In this document: piece after piece, positions 26,959 through 43,562 of the stretch
Layout of the letters: the number at the start of each line of letters is the position of its first letter
Numbering within the stretch: the stretch's first letter is position 1
Source: the human T2T-CHM13v2.0 reference genome, Homo sapiens
DNA length: 64,000 nucleotides
Strand: one strand, 5' to 3'
Assembly (NCBI RefSeq): GCF_009914755.1
Contig: NC_060944.1
Notes under the pieces: generated by a model
Database searches by the model: none
What the model saw: the letters and a program-made list of their open reading frames with translations, nothing else
What the model was told of the DNA's origin: nothing
Made by a program: the position numbers and the translations under genes

Positions 26959-28308
26959 TAGATCTCAACCCTACTAGGGAAAGGATCAGATATGCTTACA
27001 ATGCTCCACCCCTGTAACTAAAATTGTCTTTGCATAAAAAGTCACAATTTAGAACTCCAAACTACTCATACCACAACATACAGAAGATTTACTCACCAAA
27101 AATCTCATGATACTTAAGAAAATATTATCTCTAAACATGAGCCAAGTTGGTGATGAAAAAGAAAAAAAAAACACAAAAAAACACAAAAAAACAAAAAACT
27201 CCCTGCTAAAAATCCAAACACTTTTGAGATTAGCAAGCGCCTTTAGAGTAGACCACCAGCATTGCCTTTATGGAAAACTCCTGGAAATGAAAACAACAGT
27301 CCCTTCATGAGATAATTAGGTCCTCCTTCCTCAACTCAATCCGAAAATATTCATTTAGAGACCAGACAGCCTGGTATCAGAAATTAAACCCCTGATTTCT
27401 GTGGCGTCTGATGGTTCAGAGTTCATGATTCTTGGTTAGCTGCATCAGTAACTGCTGTATGGACCTGTATAAAACCACTTGCCTACTCTAAGCCTTGGTC
27501 TTTTCATCTGTAAAAGGTTTGCAAACCAACTGATTCTATTTCTAAAAGTTACTTTTGGTTCTAAAATCCCATATTACAAAATGTGATATTCTATTTCTTA
27601 ACCTGGGTAGTGATTGCACAAGTATTTGCTTTATAATTATTCTTTAAACATATATGTTTTATACAGCCTTCTAAATAAGTAATGTTTGACAATGTGTTGA
27701 AAGGGAAAAGCATTCTATCAGAAGAAGCCAGTCTAGTACCATTCTTGAATTCATAAAAGTAGGTGTGAAAATTAAATGTCAGAGGCAAAAAGCCAAGAGC
27801 AGATTGAAGCTTGTAAAACTCCTGAGGCTTCAAACCATTTCAGTGATAAGCTAGAACCAAAGAAAGTAGAATGAATGGGAACTTGCAGGGCAAGAAGGAC
27901 TATTATAGGCTCATACAAATCCCCACAATGGTCCTAGGAGGAAATTGAAATCTAAAGGCTGTTACTTAATGGCCAAATTCTTAGCGAAATGTGACCATGG
28001 ACATAGGAGACACTTTCTTCTGGTTTACAATAAGGAGCATCTTAACATTCTCAAAATGACTTGATTGTAAAACTTTTTCCTTCATTGCATTTATTTCTTT
28101 TGCCAAGCACCGTGCTAGGCCACAGCAATATAGAGAAAACTAAAGTATGACTGCTTTCAAGGAACTTGCAGACTTAGAAGCCTCTATGTCATTTAGAAAA
28201 AATTTCAAGCTTATTGCTTCTCCTGAGACCTCTGATCTCTTCTAAAAACATCCTACTCCCCCACTGCTGGACTGGCTCTCTGATGTGCTTCAGAAAGCTC
28301 CCGCCTCA

Positions 28309-28614
28309 GGCCAGGCATGGTGGCTAACACCTGTAATCCCAGCACTTTGGGAGGCCAAGGGGGGCAGATCACGAAGTCAGGAGACTGAGACCATCCTGGC
28401 CAACACGGTGAAACCCCATGTCTACCAAAAATACAAAAAATTAGCTGAGCATGGTGGCATGTGCCTGTAATCCCATACTCAGGAGGCTGAGGCAGGAGAA
28501 TTGCTTGAACCAGGGAGTTGGAGGTTGCAGCCGAGATCACGCCACTGCACTCCAGCCTGGCAACTGAACAAGACTCTATTTCAAAAAGAAAGAAAGAAGG
28601 AAAGAAAGGAAGAA

Positions 28615-28692
<78 letters not shown>
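28309..28692 (+). mobile_element. AluS (AluSc-like) whose tail has expanded into a (GAAA)n STR
   Basis: gatcacga.gtcaggaga..gagaccatcctggccaac; TSD agaaagctcccgcctca / agaaagctcccacctta. Confidence 0.93.
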
Positions 28693-28693
<1 letters not shown>

Positions 28694-29660
28694 CTCCCAC
28701 CTTAGGGCCCTTGTACTTGCTATATCCTCTGCCACACAGTCTCTTCTCCCACCTTTACTTCTTTACTTGGCCCACTCCTTCTCACCATTCAGACCTCAAC
28801 TTAAATGTCAGAGATGATTTTCTTGACTTCCCAGTTAAAAAAAATTTCCTCCTCCCCCACCTCAGTCATTCTCTACTTCATTTCTCAAAGTAATATTCTT
28901 CCAAATACTCCATATTTGAAAGTATCTTTTGCCGTAGATGTTTTTTAAAATGTATTTCTAGTCTTTTTTCTCTCAATATGAAGAACTTCTAGAAGACCAA
29001 AGGCAATGCTTTGTCCACTGCTACATCCCAGGGCTCATATCAGTGCCTGGCTCATAGTAGTTGCACACTAAATATTTTTAAATTTTATTATTATTTATAA
29101 GTGAGTGAATAATATGAGGCAAACTCAAAAAAAGTTTTCCAAATGACTTTTAAGGTTCTAGTTAGTCTTCAGATTTATGTGGTCCTAAGTAGTGTCAAAA
29201 GATAAAAGTTTCAGGGAGCTGGGAGGTAAGAAAGAAGAGATGAATCCTGATAGCATTCGTGCCTTCTTTGATGGTTGGGATCATAGAGGGATTCACAGAA
29301 GGTGTCATTAGTGGGAGTAGGAAAGATGCATATAGTTATTCAATATACAGAAAGAGAGGAAGGCATTCCAGGTCAAGTGAACAACATAAGCAAAGGCACA
29401 AAGAGATAAGAATGCACAAAAAGTTGGTAGAACAGAAGACAAATGGAAGGGTAGCGTAATTTATGCAATGGTCATGAAAAGCTTTGGACTTTATTCTAAA
29501 GAAGACAAAGATTCGAAAAGTAAACCAGCCTCACTCATCTCATAGAACAATTAGACTGACAGCAGTGTGAGGAATGGGTGTGTCCATGAACACTTTGAAA
29601 TTTTGGCCAAAATTGTACATGTATTTGTGAGCGTGTGATATTTGGGCATTTTACTGGGGA

Positions 29661-29996
29661 GAGAGAACCTATGGCTTTCATCAATGCTCAACATAAAAGA
29701 AATTTAAAAATAAGATAAAATAATAAGTTAAATATGAACATTGATGTAGAAATAAAATAAGAGGAACCCACAGTGAAGATAAAGAGATCTAGCAGAAAAA
29801 CATTTGTCTTTTTAAAGGTGATTATCTCAGTGAGCAGTAGAAGCCCATTGATTGAGTCTTTATGCTTTAGGGAAATGTTCAATTATACATATGATAAACA
29901 TTCAGGTAGACTGAAAATTTCTAGAAGATGGACAATTTTTTATTAATAATGTGGGAAAAGCTTGGAATACAGCACACAAGACAGTAATTGCTTAAA
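29661..29996 (-). repeat. Inverted duplication, copy B (336 bp, probable donor)
   Basis: Reverse complement of 24595-24934. Confidence 0.97.
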
Positions 29997-31239
29997 GACA
30001 GGAAAGATAGGCAAATTCAGGTCCTAATGAGCTAAGAACGGATAGAAAAAGAGAAAAGTAGAAACCATACTTAGGTATGTTCTATGTGATTCCCACCTCT
30101 GCCTCAATAATCCATTCTTTCGTGGTGGGTTTCTCTTTCCTGCTAAGCAGTTCCTCCCACACCCCTATAGATGAACAGTCAATTCTTTGGTCATACTTGA
30201 GCCAGATCTCTGGTGATATAATTGCCAAAATGGCTTGACATTTAAAATATCAGAGATGACCCAGCTGCCCTAAGTGATAATAATGCTATTATAGTGGGGG
30301 TAGAAACAGCCCCAAAGGAGAGAAGAGTGGGATACTAATGATAAAGTTCAGAAAAATAAGAATTAAGATGAGATAATGAACAACAGGGAGACTCGATCCA
30401 AGTCAAGTCAATGGTCATCTCACCATGGGGACCGATTGGAGAAAAACTGAAGTTAAATAAGGACGCTGGCAAGAGAAGACAACAGGCAGTGGAGTCAGAT
30501 GGCCTCATCCTTGTAGAAGCTATGCACACCCATTTGAAGAGGAGGTAGTTGGATTAAAGGAATTGGCTCTAATTCAGTAGGAAAAAGTTGCAGGAGCCAG
30601 GAGGCTGAAAGACGCCTGCCATCTGGAGAAACTGGGGAAGGAGAATTGGAAGTCAGGCAGATCAGGGGTGGGGAAACGGTAAGGAAGAAAGGCTATTTGG
30701 CAGGAATACTTTGGGCGGGGTCAGCTTCTCCCACGATGCTCTTAATTCAGGGATGTAACTTGCACACTCTTCAGTAGAAGCATCAGCAATAAAAGAAAAT
30801 AATTTTATTTCCAAATCCTAATAAATCTATATTTTGAACTGATATTTAGGAAAACTGTCTTTTAATATGTAAATGTGTTTCACATGCAATCCGTTTGGAA
30901 AAACACCAAATCTCCAAAATCTTTAACAGCAATTCTACAAAGTATAATATATTTATAATTTTTTGGTTGGGGTAAAATAAATTATACCAGATTTTTCAAG
31001 ATATAGAATTTCTTATAGGAGAAGCAGAATGCACTAGAAGTCATTGAAACACTGGCAGGACTAAGTAGAAAAAGTTAAGGTTAGTAATGGTTACAGGTAC
31101 AAGCTCTTAAATGAGAACACCCAAGATCACATCCTGGCTCCACTAGTTTACTAATTGTGTGATCTCTGGCAAGTTCATAAACTCTATAAACTTCAATTTC
31201 CTCCACCATACAATGGGATTAGTGCCCATGCAAGGAGTT

Positions 31240-31815
31240 ATTTTTTTTTTAACTTTTATTTTAGATTCAGGGAGAACATGGGCAGGTTTGTTACAAAGGT
31301 ATATTGCGTGACATTGAGGTTTGGAGTAAAATTGAACCAGTCACCCAGGTAGTGAGCATAGTAACTGATAGGTAGTTTTTCAACCCCTGCCCCCTCCCTA
31401 CATTTCCCCTCTTATATTCTCCAGTGTCTGTTGTTCCCATCTTTATACCCACGTGTACCCAAAGTTTAGCTCACACTTACAAGTGAGAACATGTGGGATT
31501 TGGTTTTCCATTTCTGCATTAATTCACTTAGGGCAATGGTCTCCAGCTGCGTCCATGTCACCTCAAAGGCCATGATTTTATTCTTTTTTGTGGCAGCATA
31601 GTATTCCATCATATATATGTACCACAGTTTCTTTATCCAATCTATCATTGATGGACACCTAGATTGATTCTGTCTTTGCTACTGTGAATAGTGCTGCAAT
31701 AAACATACAGGTGCACGTTTTTGGTAGAATGATTTATTTTCTTTGGGGCATATACCCAGTAATGGGATTGCTTGGTTAAGTGGTAGTTAAACTGTTAGTT
31801 CTTTGAGAGCTCTCA
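31240..31815 (-). mobile_element. L1PA15/16-like 3' fragment inserted into a MIR
   Basis: caggtttgttaca.aggtatattgc.tga...tgaggtttgg; near-TSD aaggagttatt/aaagagttatt; MIR halves on both sides. Confidence 0.8.
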
Positions 31816-33489
31816 AAGAGTTATTATAAGGATTAAAATTAAAAATAATAATGCTTGTAAATTATTTAACACAGTGCCTCATATATTTTGGGAGCTAAAT
31901 AATTATTATCTGTCATTTCCATCATCATTATTATCAGTTAATTTGAGAGCCTTCCAGAATTATTTGCGGACAGTACTGATCAAGATTGTGGTTTTTCATC
32001 TGCTCCTGACTTGCTATATAAACTTCACCAAATGATTCAGCTACAAAAGAGGAACAGGGTCTATGTCCATGTTGAATCTCAAGAATTTAGATCATAGACA
32101 TTATTGTTATTATTAACACTCTACTTGCAAATAGGAGCGTTGGTCTCTTGTGTCAACTCTACAACAAACTCACCACAGGGCTAGACAAGCCACACATCTG
32201 TTCTAGGTCTCTGTTTCTTCATCAGCCAAGATGGATAAATTACACAATCTTCAACGTTCATCTGAGTTCTAACATTCTATGATTCTGCAACTGCTGTTTC
32301 AAATGTGGCACTTGTGAGTTATAAACAACATAACTTCCCTTCACCTGCATTGGACTACACCTATGGGGACTGAAAGTGCAGTATGTGGTGGGTATGTGAC
32401 CTTCCACAGGTAAGAGATGAGTTGCCCTTCTCTGCCTGCATCCTCACAAGAGCCATTTTGTTCTGCTCCTGTCTGACTGGCTCTCCAGTAATTTTCTGCA
32501 GCAAGCTCTATCCTTATCCCAGCCAGTGAGAGGAAAATGAATTCACCCAGCAGTCCTATGCATCCCTTCAGATGTTGCAGGGAGAAAGCACGCCAGGCAT
32601 TTCACTGTTAATTATCAGCAGCCTGGCTGCTATGGCACCTTGCTGTGCCAATTTGAGAGATGAGATTCTTTACACTGCTTATTAGGCTCAGCTAAATAAA
32701 TATTACCCAGCATTAATGTTGTCAGAGATACAGTCTGAATTCAGCTCCCTTGAGTGGCTGTTGGTACCCAAGCTTTTCACCATCAATTTTTCTTCCTGTA
32801 CCTCCTTCCCTTACCAATCCACCACTAATCTCTTTCTCTCCTCCCTGGATGTTCAGCTGGATTCTGACATCAGAGGACTGAAATAATATCACCGATTTAG
32901 CTCCTTTGCTTAAGGTTATCAAATACTTGTGCTGCTACTAGATTTAAGGGCCCCATTATTAGTTACTTTGTAGTCTTGTCGTAACAGATTTCAAATTTCT
33001 GAAGCATGTATTTTGAGTTAGAGCCCGCCCTCTCCCCCAGCAAAGTGAGTTTTGAAAGACTGAAGCCCTCTGGCTACAGCAATTGGTTTAAAGGTGAACC
33101 CTAATAAGGCCAATCATGCCCCCAAAAGAATGAATTTCAGGATTTATTTTAGCTATTTAAAAAACAGAAGTTTTCTTCTTGGCTGGATGTTGAATCTAGA
33201 AAATATAGCCCCAAGGAACCACTGTTAGCTATTTTGCAACCATGAAGGTAAATGCTACCCATAATGGAGACGACATATAGTAAGTGGTGGAAAGAATTAG
33301 AGAAAAGAAACCCACACCTGTTAAGAGCCTAGATCAAGCTTTACCTAAAGCCAAATCAATCTTTGGACATTTCAGTTTGAATCCTTATGGCTCTCATATT
33401 ATTTAATTCTGAGTTGGAAATTCTAATACTTTCAGCTACATAGATGTGTTTGTTACAAGGTCTCCTGGATGTGTCTATTTGGAGCAAGT

Positions 33490-33860
33490 GTAGGTGAAGC
33501 CCTGCCCACATCACTTCAGATCTTACCACTATAATGCTCTCCTACCTGAATTCCCACTCCCGAGGGCTAACTGTAGTGATTTTGCTTCAGCACAAGATAG
33601 TACAGAAGTGGTGGGTAATAAAACACCACACCGAGGCAGCCCTTAATAAATGATTGGCAGCAGTTGGTGAGTAAATATGCCAGCTTCTTTGCTCATTTTG
33701 TGTAATGCTGAGACACATGTTCTATACAAGCTCTCAGAGTTCCTCAGGGGGATTGACCCTAGTTTGTTTGATAACAACCCTTCATTGGCTGCCTTCTTTT
33801 CTCTGTCCCATTTCTCTATTGGTTTGTTGGTATCACCTTCTGAGTCACTTGTACTTGGGT
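33490..33860 (+). mobile_element. ERVL LTR16-like element
   Basis: gcagcccttaataaatga, gttggtgagtaaata.gccagct, tacaagctctcagagttcctcag. Confidence 0.55.
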
Positions 33861-34030
33861 CCACAATGAATTTATACAAAGTAACATCTGCTTATACCTT
33901 TTAAAATGCACCCTACAGGGAGTCACTTCCAAGATGGTTGAATAGGAAGAGCTCCAGTCTGCAGCTCCCAGCGAGATCGACACAGAAGATGGGTGATTTC
34001 TGCATTTCCAACTGAGGTACTTGGTTCATC

Positions 34031-34357
34031 TCAATGGGACTGGTTGGACAGTGGATGCAGCCCACAGAGGGTGCGCTGAGCAGGGTGGGGCATCGCCTCA
34101 CCTGGGAAGCACAAGGGCCAGGAGATTTTCCCTTTCCTAGCTAAGGGAAGCCATGACAGGCTGTAGTTGGAGAAATGGTACACTCCTGACCAAATACTGT
34201 GCTTTTTCCACAGTCTTAGCAACTGGCAGACCAGGAGATACCCTCCCGTGCCTGGCTCGGCAGGTCCCATGCCAACAGAGCCTTGCTCACTGCTCATGCC
34301 GAAGTCCAAGATTGACCTGCAATGCTGCAGCTTGATGGGGGGAGTGGCATCTGCCAT
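34031..34357 (-). other. L1 antisense ORF0 homolog (open frame, 108 aa)
   Basis: MADATPP...C...SVGMGPAEPG aligns with the human ORF0 N-terminus MAGAPPP...C...SVGVGPSEPG and lies at the expected position in the 5'UTR. Confidence 0.7.
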
Positions 34358-34947
34358 TGCAGAGGCTTGAGTAGCTCACAGTGTAAACAAAGAGCCCAGG
34401 AAGCATGAACTGAGCAGAGCCCACCAAAGCTCAGCAAGGCCTACTGCCTCTACAGATTCCATCTCTGGGGGCAGGACATAGTAGAACAAAAAGCAGCAGA
34501 CAGCTTCTGCAGACTTAAACATCCCTGTCTGACAGCTCTGAAGAGAAGAGTGGTTCTCTCAACATGGCGTTCGAGCTCCAAGAACAGACAGACTGCCTCC
34601 TCAAGTGTGTCCCTGACCCCCGTGTAGCCTGACTGGGAACACCTCCCAGTAGGGGCCAACAGACACCTCAAAAAGGCAGGTACCCCTCTGAGATGAAGCT
34701 TTCAGACGAAGGATCAGGCAGTACTATTTGCTGTTCTGCAGCCTCCGCTGGTGATACTCAGGCAAACAGGGTCTGGAGTGGACCTCCAGCAAACTCCAAC
34801 AGACCTGCAGCTGAGGGGTCTGACTGTCAGAAGGAAAACTAACAAACAGAAAGGAATAGCATCAACATCAACAAAAAGGACATCCACACCAAAACTCCAT
34901 CTGTAGGTCACCAACATCAAAGACCAAAGGTAGATAAAATCACAAAG

Positions 34948-35970
34948 ATGGGGAGACACCAGAACAGAAAAGCTGAAAATTCCAAAACACAGAGTGCCTC
35001 TTCTCCAAAGGATCGCAGCTCCTCGCCATCAAGGGAACAAAACTGGATGGAGAATGAGTTTGACATGTTGATGGAAGCAGGCTTCAGAAGGTCGGTAATA
35101 ACAAACTTCTCCAAGCTAAAGGAGCATGTTCTAACCCACCACAAAGAAGCTAAAAACTTTGAAAAAAGTTAGACAAATGGCTAACTGAAATAAACAGTGT
35201 AGAGAAGACCTTAAATGACCTGATGGAGCTGAAAACCATGGCACAAGAACTTTGTAATGCATGCACAAGCTTCAATAGCCAATTCAATCAAATAGAAGAA
35301 AGGATATCATAATTGAAGATCAAATTAATGAAATAAAGCAAGTAGACAACATTAGAGAAAAAAGAGTGAAAAGAAACAAAAAAAGCCTCCAAGAAATATG
35401 GGACTATGTGAAAAGACCAAATATACGTTTGACTGGTGTACCGGAAAGTGATGGGGAGAATGAAACCAAGCTAGAAAACCCTCTTCAGGATATTATCCAG
35501 GAGAACTTCCCCCTAACCTAGCAAGGCAGGCCAACATTCACATTCAGGAAATACAGAGAACACCACAAAGATACTCCTAGAGAAGAGCAACCTCAAGACA
35601 CATAATTGTCAGATTCTCCAAGGTTGAAATAAAGGAAAAAATGTTAAGGGTGGCCAGAGAGAAAGGTCAGGTTACCCACAAAGGGAAGCCCATCAGACTA
35701 ACAGCGGATCTCTCGGCAGAAACCCTACAAGCCAGAATAGAGTACGGGCCAATATTCAACATTCTTAAAGAAAATAATTTTCAACCCAGAATCCCATATC
35801 CAGCCAAACTAAGCTTCATAAGTGAAAGAGAAATAAAATCCTTCACAGGCAAGCAAATGTTGAGAGATTTTGTCACACCAGGCCTGCCTTAAAAGAGCTC
35901 CTAAAGGAAGCACTAAACATGGAATGGAACAACAGGTACCAGCCACTGCAAAAACACGCCAAATGGTAAA
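34948..35970 (+). pseudogene. L1 ORF1p remnant (frameshifted)
   Basis: MGRHQNRKAENSKTQSAS... and MLRVAREKGQVTHKGKPIRLTADLSAETLQAR fragments. Confidence 0.9.
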
Positions 35971-36037
35971 GACCATTGATGCTAGGAAGAAACTGCATCA
36001 ATTAACTAGCAAAATAACCAGCTAATGTAACATTATA

Positions 36038-40197
<4,160 letters not shown>

Positions 40198-41248
40198 ACA
40201 ACGAGAACACATAGACACAGGGCGGGGAACATCACAAACTGGAGCCTGTCGGGGGGTGGGGGGCTGGGGGAGAGATAGCATTAGGAGAAATACCTAATGT
40301 AAATGACGAGTTGATGGGTGCAGCAAACCAACATGGCACATGTATACCTATGTAACAAACGTGCATGTTGTGCACATGTACCCTAGAACTTAAAGTATAA
40401 TAAAAAATAAATTAATTTTAAAAAATGCACCCTACAAGTTGTGGCTTACATGATTTCCACCGTTCCACCCCCAAATAGACTGATGCATACCCAAACCATT
40501 TGACATAAACTCAGCCTAGAAAAAAGCTATGAATTCAAATCCAAGTAAGCCAAAGTGTTCTTTCCTGTCAGTGCCAGCCAAGCAGAGGGTTATGGACTAG
40601 ACGGAAGATTTTAGGAGAGAAAGGGAAGCAAAAGCATGAACAAGCCAAGGTATGGAGGATGCTCATTCATCCTCAGGCTCCAGAAGTGGCAGCGAGCTGT
40701 CTGGATACTCCACTGAAAGTCACAGTCAATGAGGTTATTAATCTGGTGGTCCTAAAAGATGAGCAGCACAGACACCTTGAATCTCTGGATACACTTCCCC
40801 CTCTGCATAGCCTCTCTCTCAGTTCCTAAACCCTCCATGCTAAGAAAAACATCACCAGGCATGGGGCTTTGCCAGAAACGTTCACTCGAAACAGTACCTG
40901 GCAAATGAAAAATGCACTTTTAAATTATGTACTTTCCGACTAGTCTTCCTAATGGTATGTTGACTATTATTTACATGAAAAATGTCAAAATGTGGATTCC
41001 TTTGTTTTATTTTTATTTGGGGCATTTTAAACAAAACATTCACTTTAATACTCATGGAGAAAGGTCTACTTCTCTTTCATCTTCCTCTCTGTCTTCCAAC
41101 CAAAACTCCTTGCCAAAGAACACGGATGGCCAACAGGACTTGCACTGACCACATCGCACTCCTACTAGAAAATTACGGATGGAGGAACCAGCAATTTCTA
41201 GATGAAATGGCCCTATTTCCTCATTTTACCACTAAGGATAAAGAAGGA

Positions 41249-41520
<272 letters not shown>

Positions 41521-43129
41521 AGAGGGCAAAAAGTCTTCGATGACAAGCCTGGACAGGACTTTAACAGTATATGCTCCAATTTATCCCTGTCACAGATGAG
41601 GAAACTGAGGCACAAATCAGTGAAATGCTTTGTTCAAGACTTTACAGCTAGTTAGTGACAAAGTCGGGGCCAGAACTAAGGAATCTTGATTCCATGCCCT
41701 CTTCATACTATCCTCGTCAATTCTGGTTTAAGTTTTTCACTTGATTTGTATGTTTGCTTTATCTTAAGCTCATATTTCAACCCTATAACCTATCTTGCAT
41801 ATGATGTGGGTTGTTTATTCTTAGAAAAATCTAAGATTATTCCACTGTATTAGTGGCCTTGCCTAAATAGATGCATTGGGGAGAAATCCTCCCACATAAT
41901 GAATTTTGTCACTGAGACATTGCAAGAAGTAGCCCATAGCCTTTTCTTATCCTTTTAGAAACAGCCTGAAAAGTTCGATTATCCTCCAGATTCAACCTTA
42001 GTCCATTTGGTTTCATGCTCATTCCTAATCCCAGACCAATTCCTGGCCCTGAGCCCAGGTACTGGTATGGCCTGGAAAATGCCAGAAGCCATATGGACTC
42101 CCCAGGCTACCTCCTGGATGAGGATGGATGGCACACACCGAGGAACCAACTCTTTCCAAGAGATAGAACAGATGGCATTCCAGATATGAATATGTATAAT
42201 GTAGACTGCTAAGTTGTTAAATAAGTATGTATTTTTAGGTGGATTCATGAAAATCAAGAATTTTATAACTAAAATGAAAGCCAAGCAAATGAAACCACAA
42301 ACACCATTGAAAGCTGTGCATTACTCCATGTTTGTTGGTATTGGCCTCCATAGCATGCTCCAACCTCTAGAGAAACCACTCGAGAAGAACCAGGAAGAAA
42401 TAATTCAAAACTGCGGCAAAGGATGTTAACTTCAAGCTTCCATGCTCTAAGACCCTAGGACGTCCATGGATGGCAGAATTAGTATTCAGAAGAGCAAGGA
42501 GTGGGCTGGATTTTTCCTTGGCTTTACCACCTTTCTCTATGTCCCTTTATTGAAAATTCCACTCTATCACACCCCCAACTCAAATTCCTTATGCTTTAAT
42601 TTGGCTGCCCCAAGAACAAGCCTAAGAGGCATAAGAATAATGCAAGTCATTGAATCAGTAGAATCAGTCAAGAAGATCAGCTTCCACAAGCTTCCAGTAC
42701 AAATAGTACCCTTCAGAAGACTTTAAGCTCTTTGCTCCGTAATAATACTACATTACAGGTATACTTATTTCCAGTTTACAGAAAATTTTAACAATCCCAT
42801 GTGAAAAAATAGAACATGAATTGTTACCCCCATTTTTACAGAGAAGAAAATGAAGTCTTGGAGAGGTTAAACAACCACTCAAGAATGCACCAATGGTAAA
42901 TGTGCCACTGGGACTTGAAGCTAAGACTCTGATTCTGTCCAGTAATGCATCTGATTTGGCATTCACCAATGAACCTACAGCCAAACGGGCCATCACTGGA
43001 GAAGTCCAACTGCTACTTGAAAAGCCTAATCCATGGATTAACAGATTCCAATGAGTTAGAACATCAAAGGGTAGAATAGGATATATTTCCACAATCTGGG
43101 AACATTCCAAATAGAGAAACTGGATTCTT

Positions 43130-43562
43130 ATTTATCCATTATTGATGCAAGTCCTTAACTCCTTCCTGTATCCATGGGACCTTTTGCAATCCTTCACACT
43201 AGAGACAGAATACACTCTCCTGCTCCATTAATGATAGGCAATGGAAAGGTGATCTGCTTCATCCAATGAAATGTTAGCAAGTGTGATGCAAGCAAAGACT
43301 AGAAATTGACTTACTTGGTTGTGCTTGTCCTCTTGTGCTCCTATTATCTGCCCACAGTAGCTCACTGAACCAAGGGAAATGAGAAACATGTGCATAGATC
43401 TAAACTTAACTCACTGCTTTGAGACAAGCACATCTGAGCCGAGCCTAGATCATCCAGCATGCAGCCAACTGCTGACACATGAGCAAGAAAGAACATATAT
43501 TGTTATTTGAAGCTATTGAGTTTGGGGCTGACTTGTTTTACAGCAATAGCTGACTAATACAC
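43130..43562 (+). mobile_element. MLT1 (H/I-like) LTR
   Basis: ccaatgaaatgttagcaagtgtga.gcaagca; 3' ttgagtttgggg...ttacagcaatagctgactaataca. Confidence 0.7.

Noticed and set aside
28253-28893. ORFs with SFFL/KKER repeats
   Set aside because: Read-through of the (GAAA)n tract and Alu sequence.
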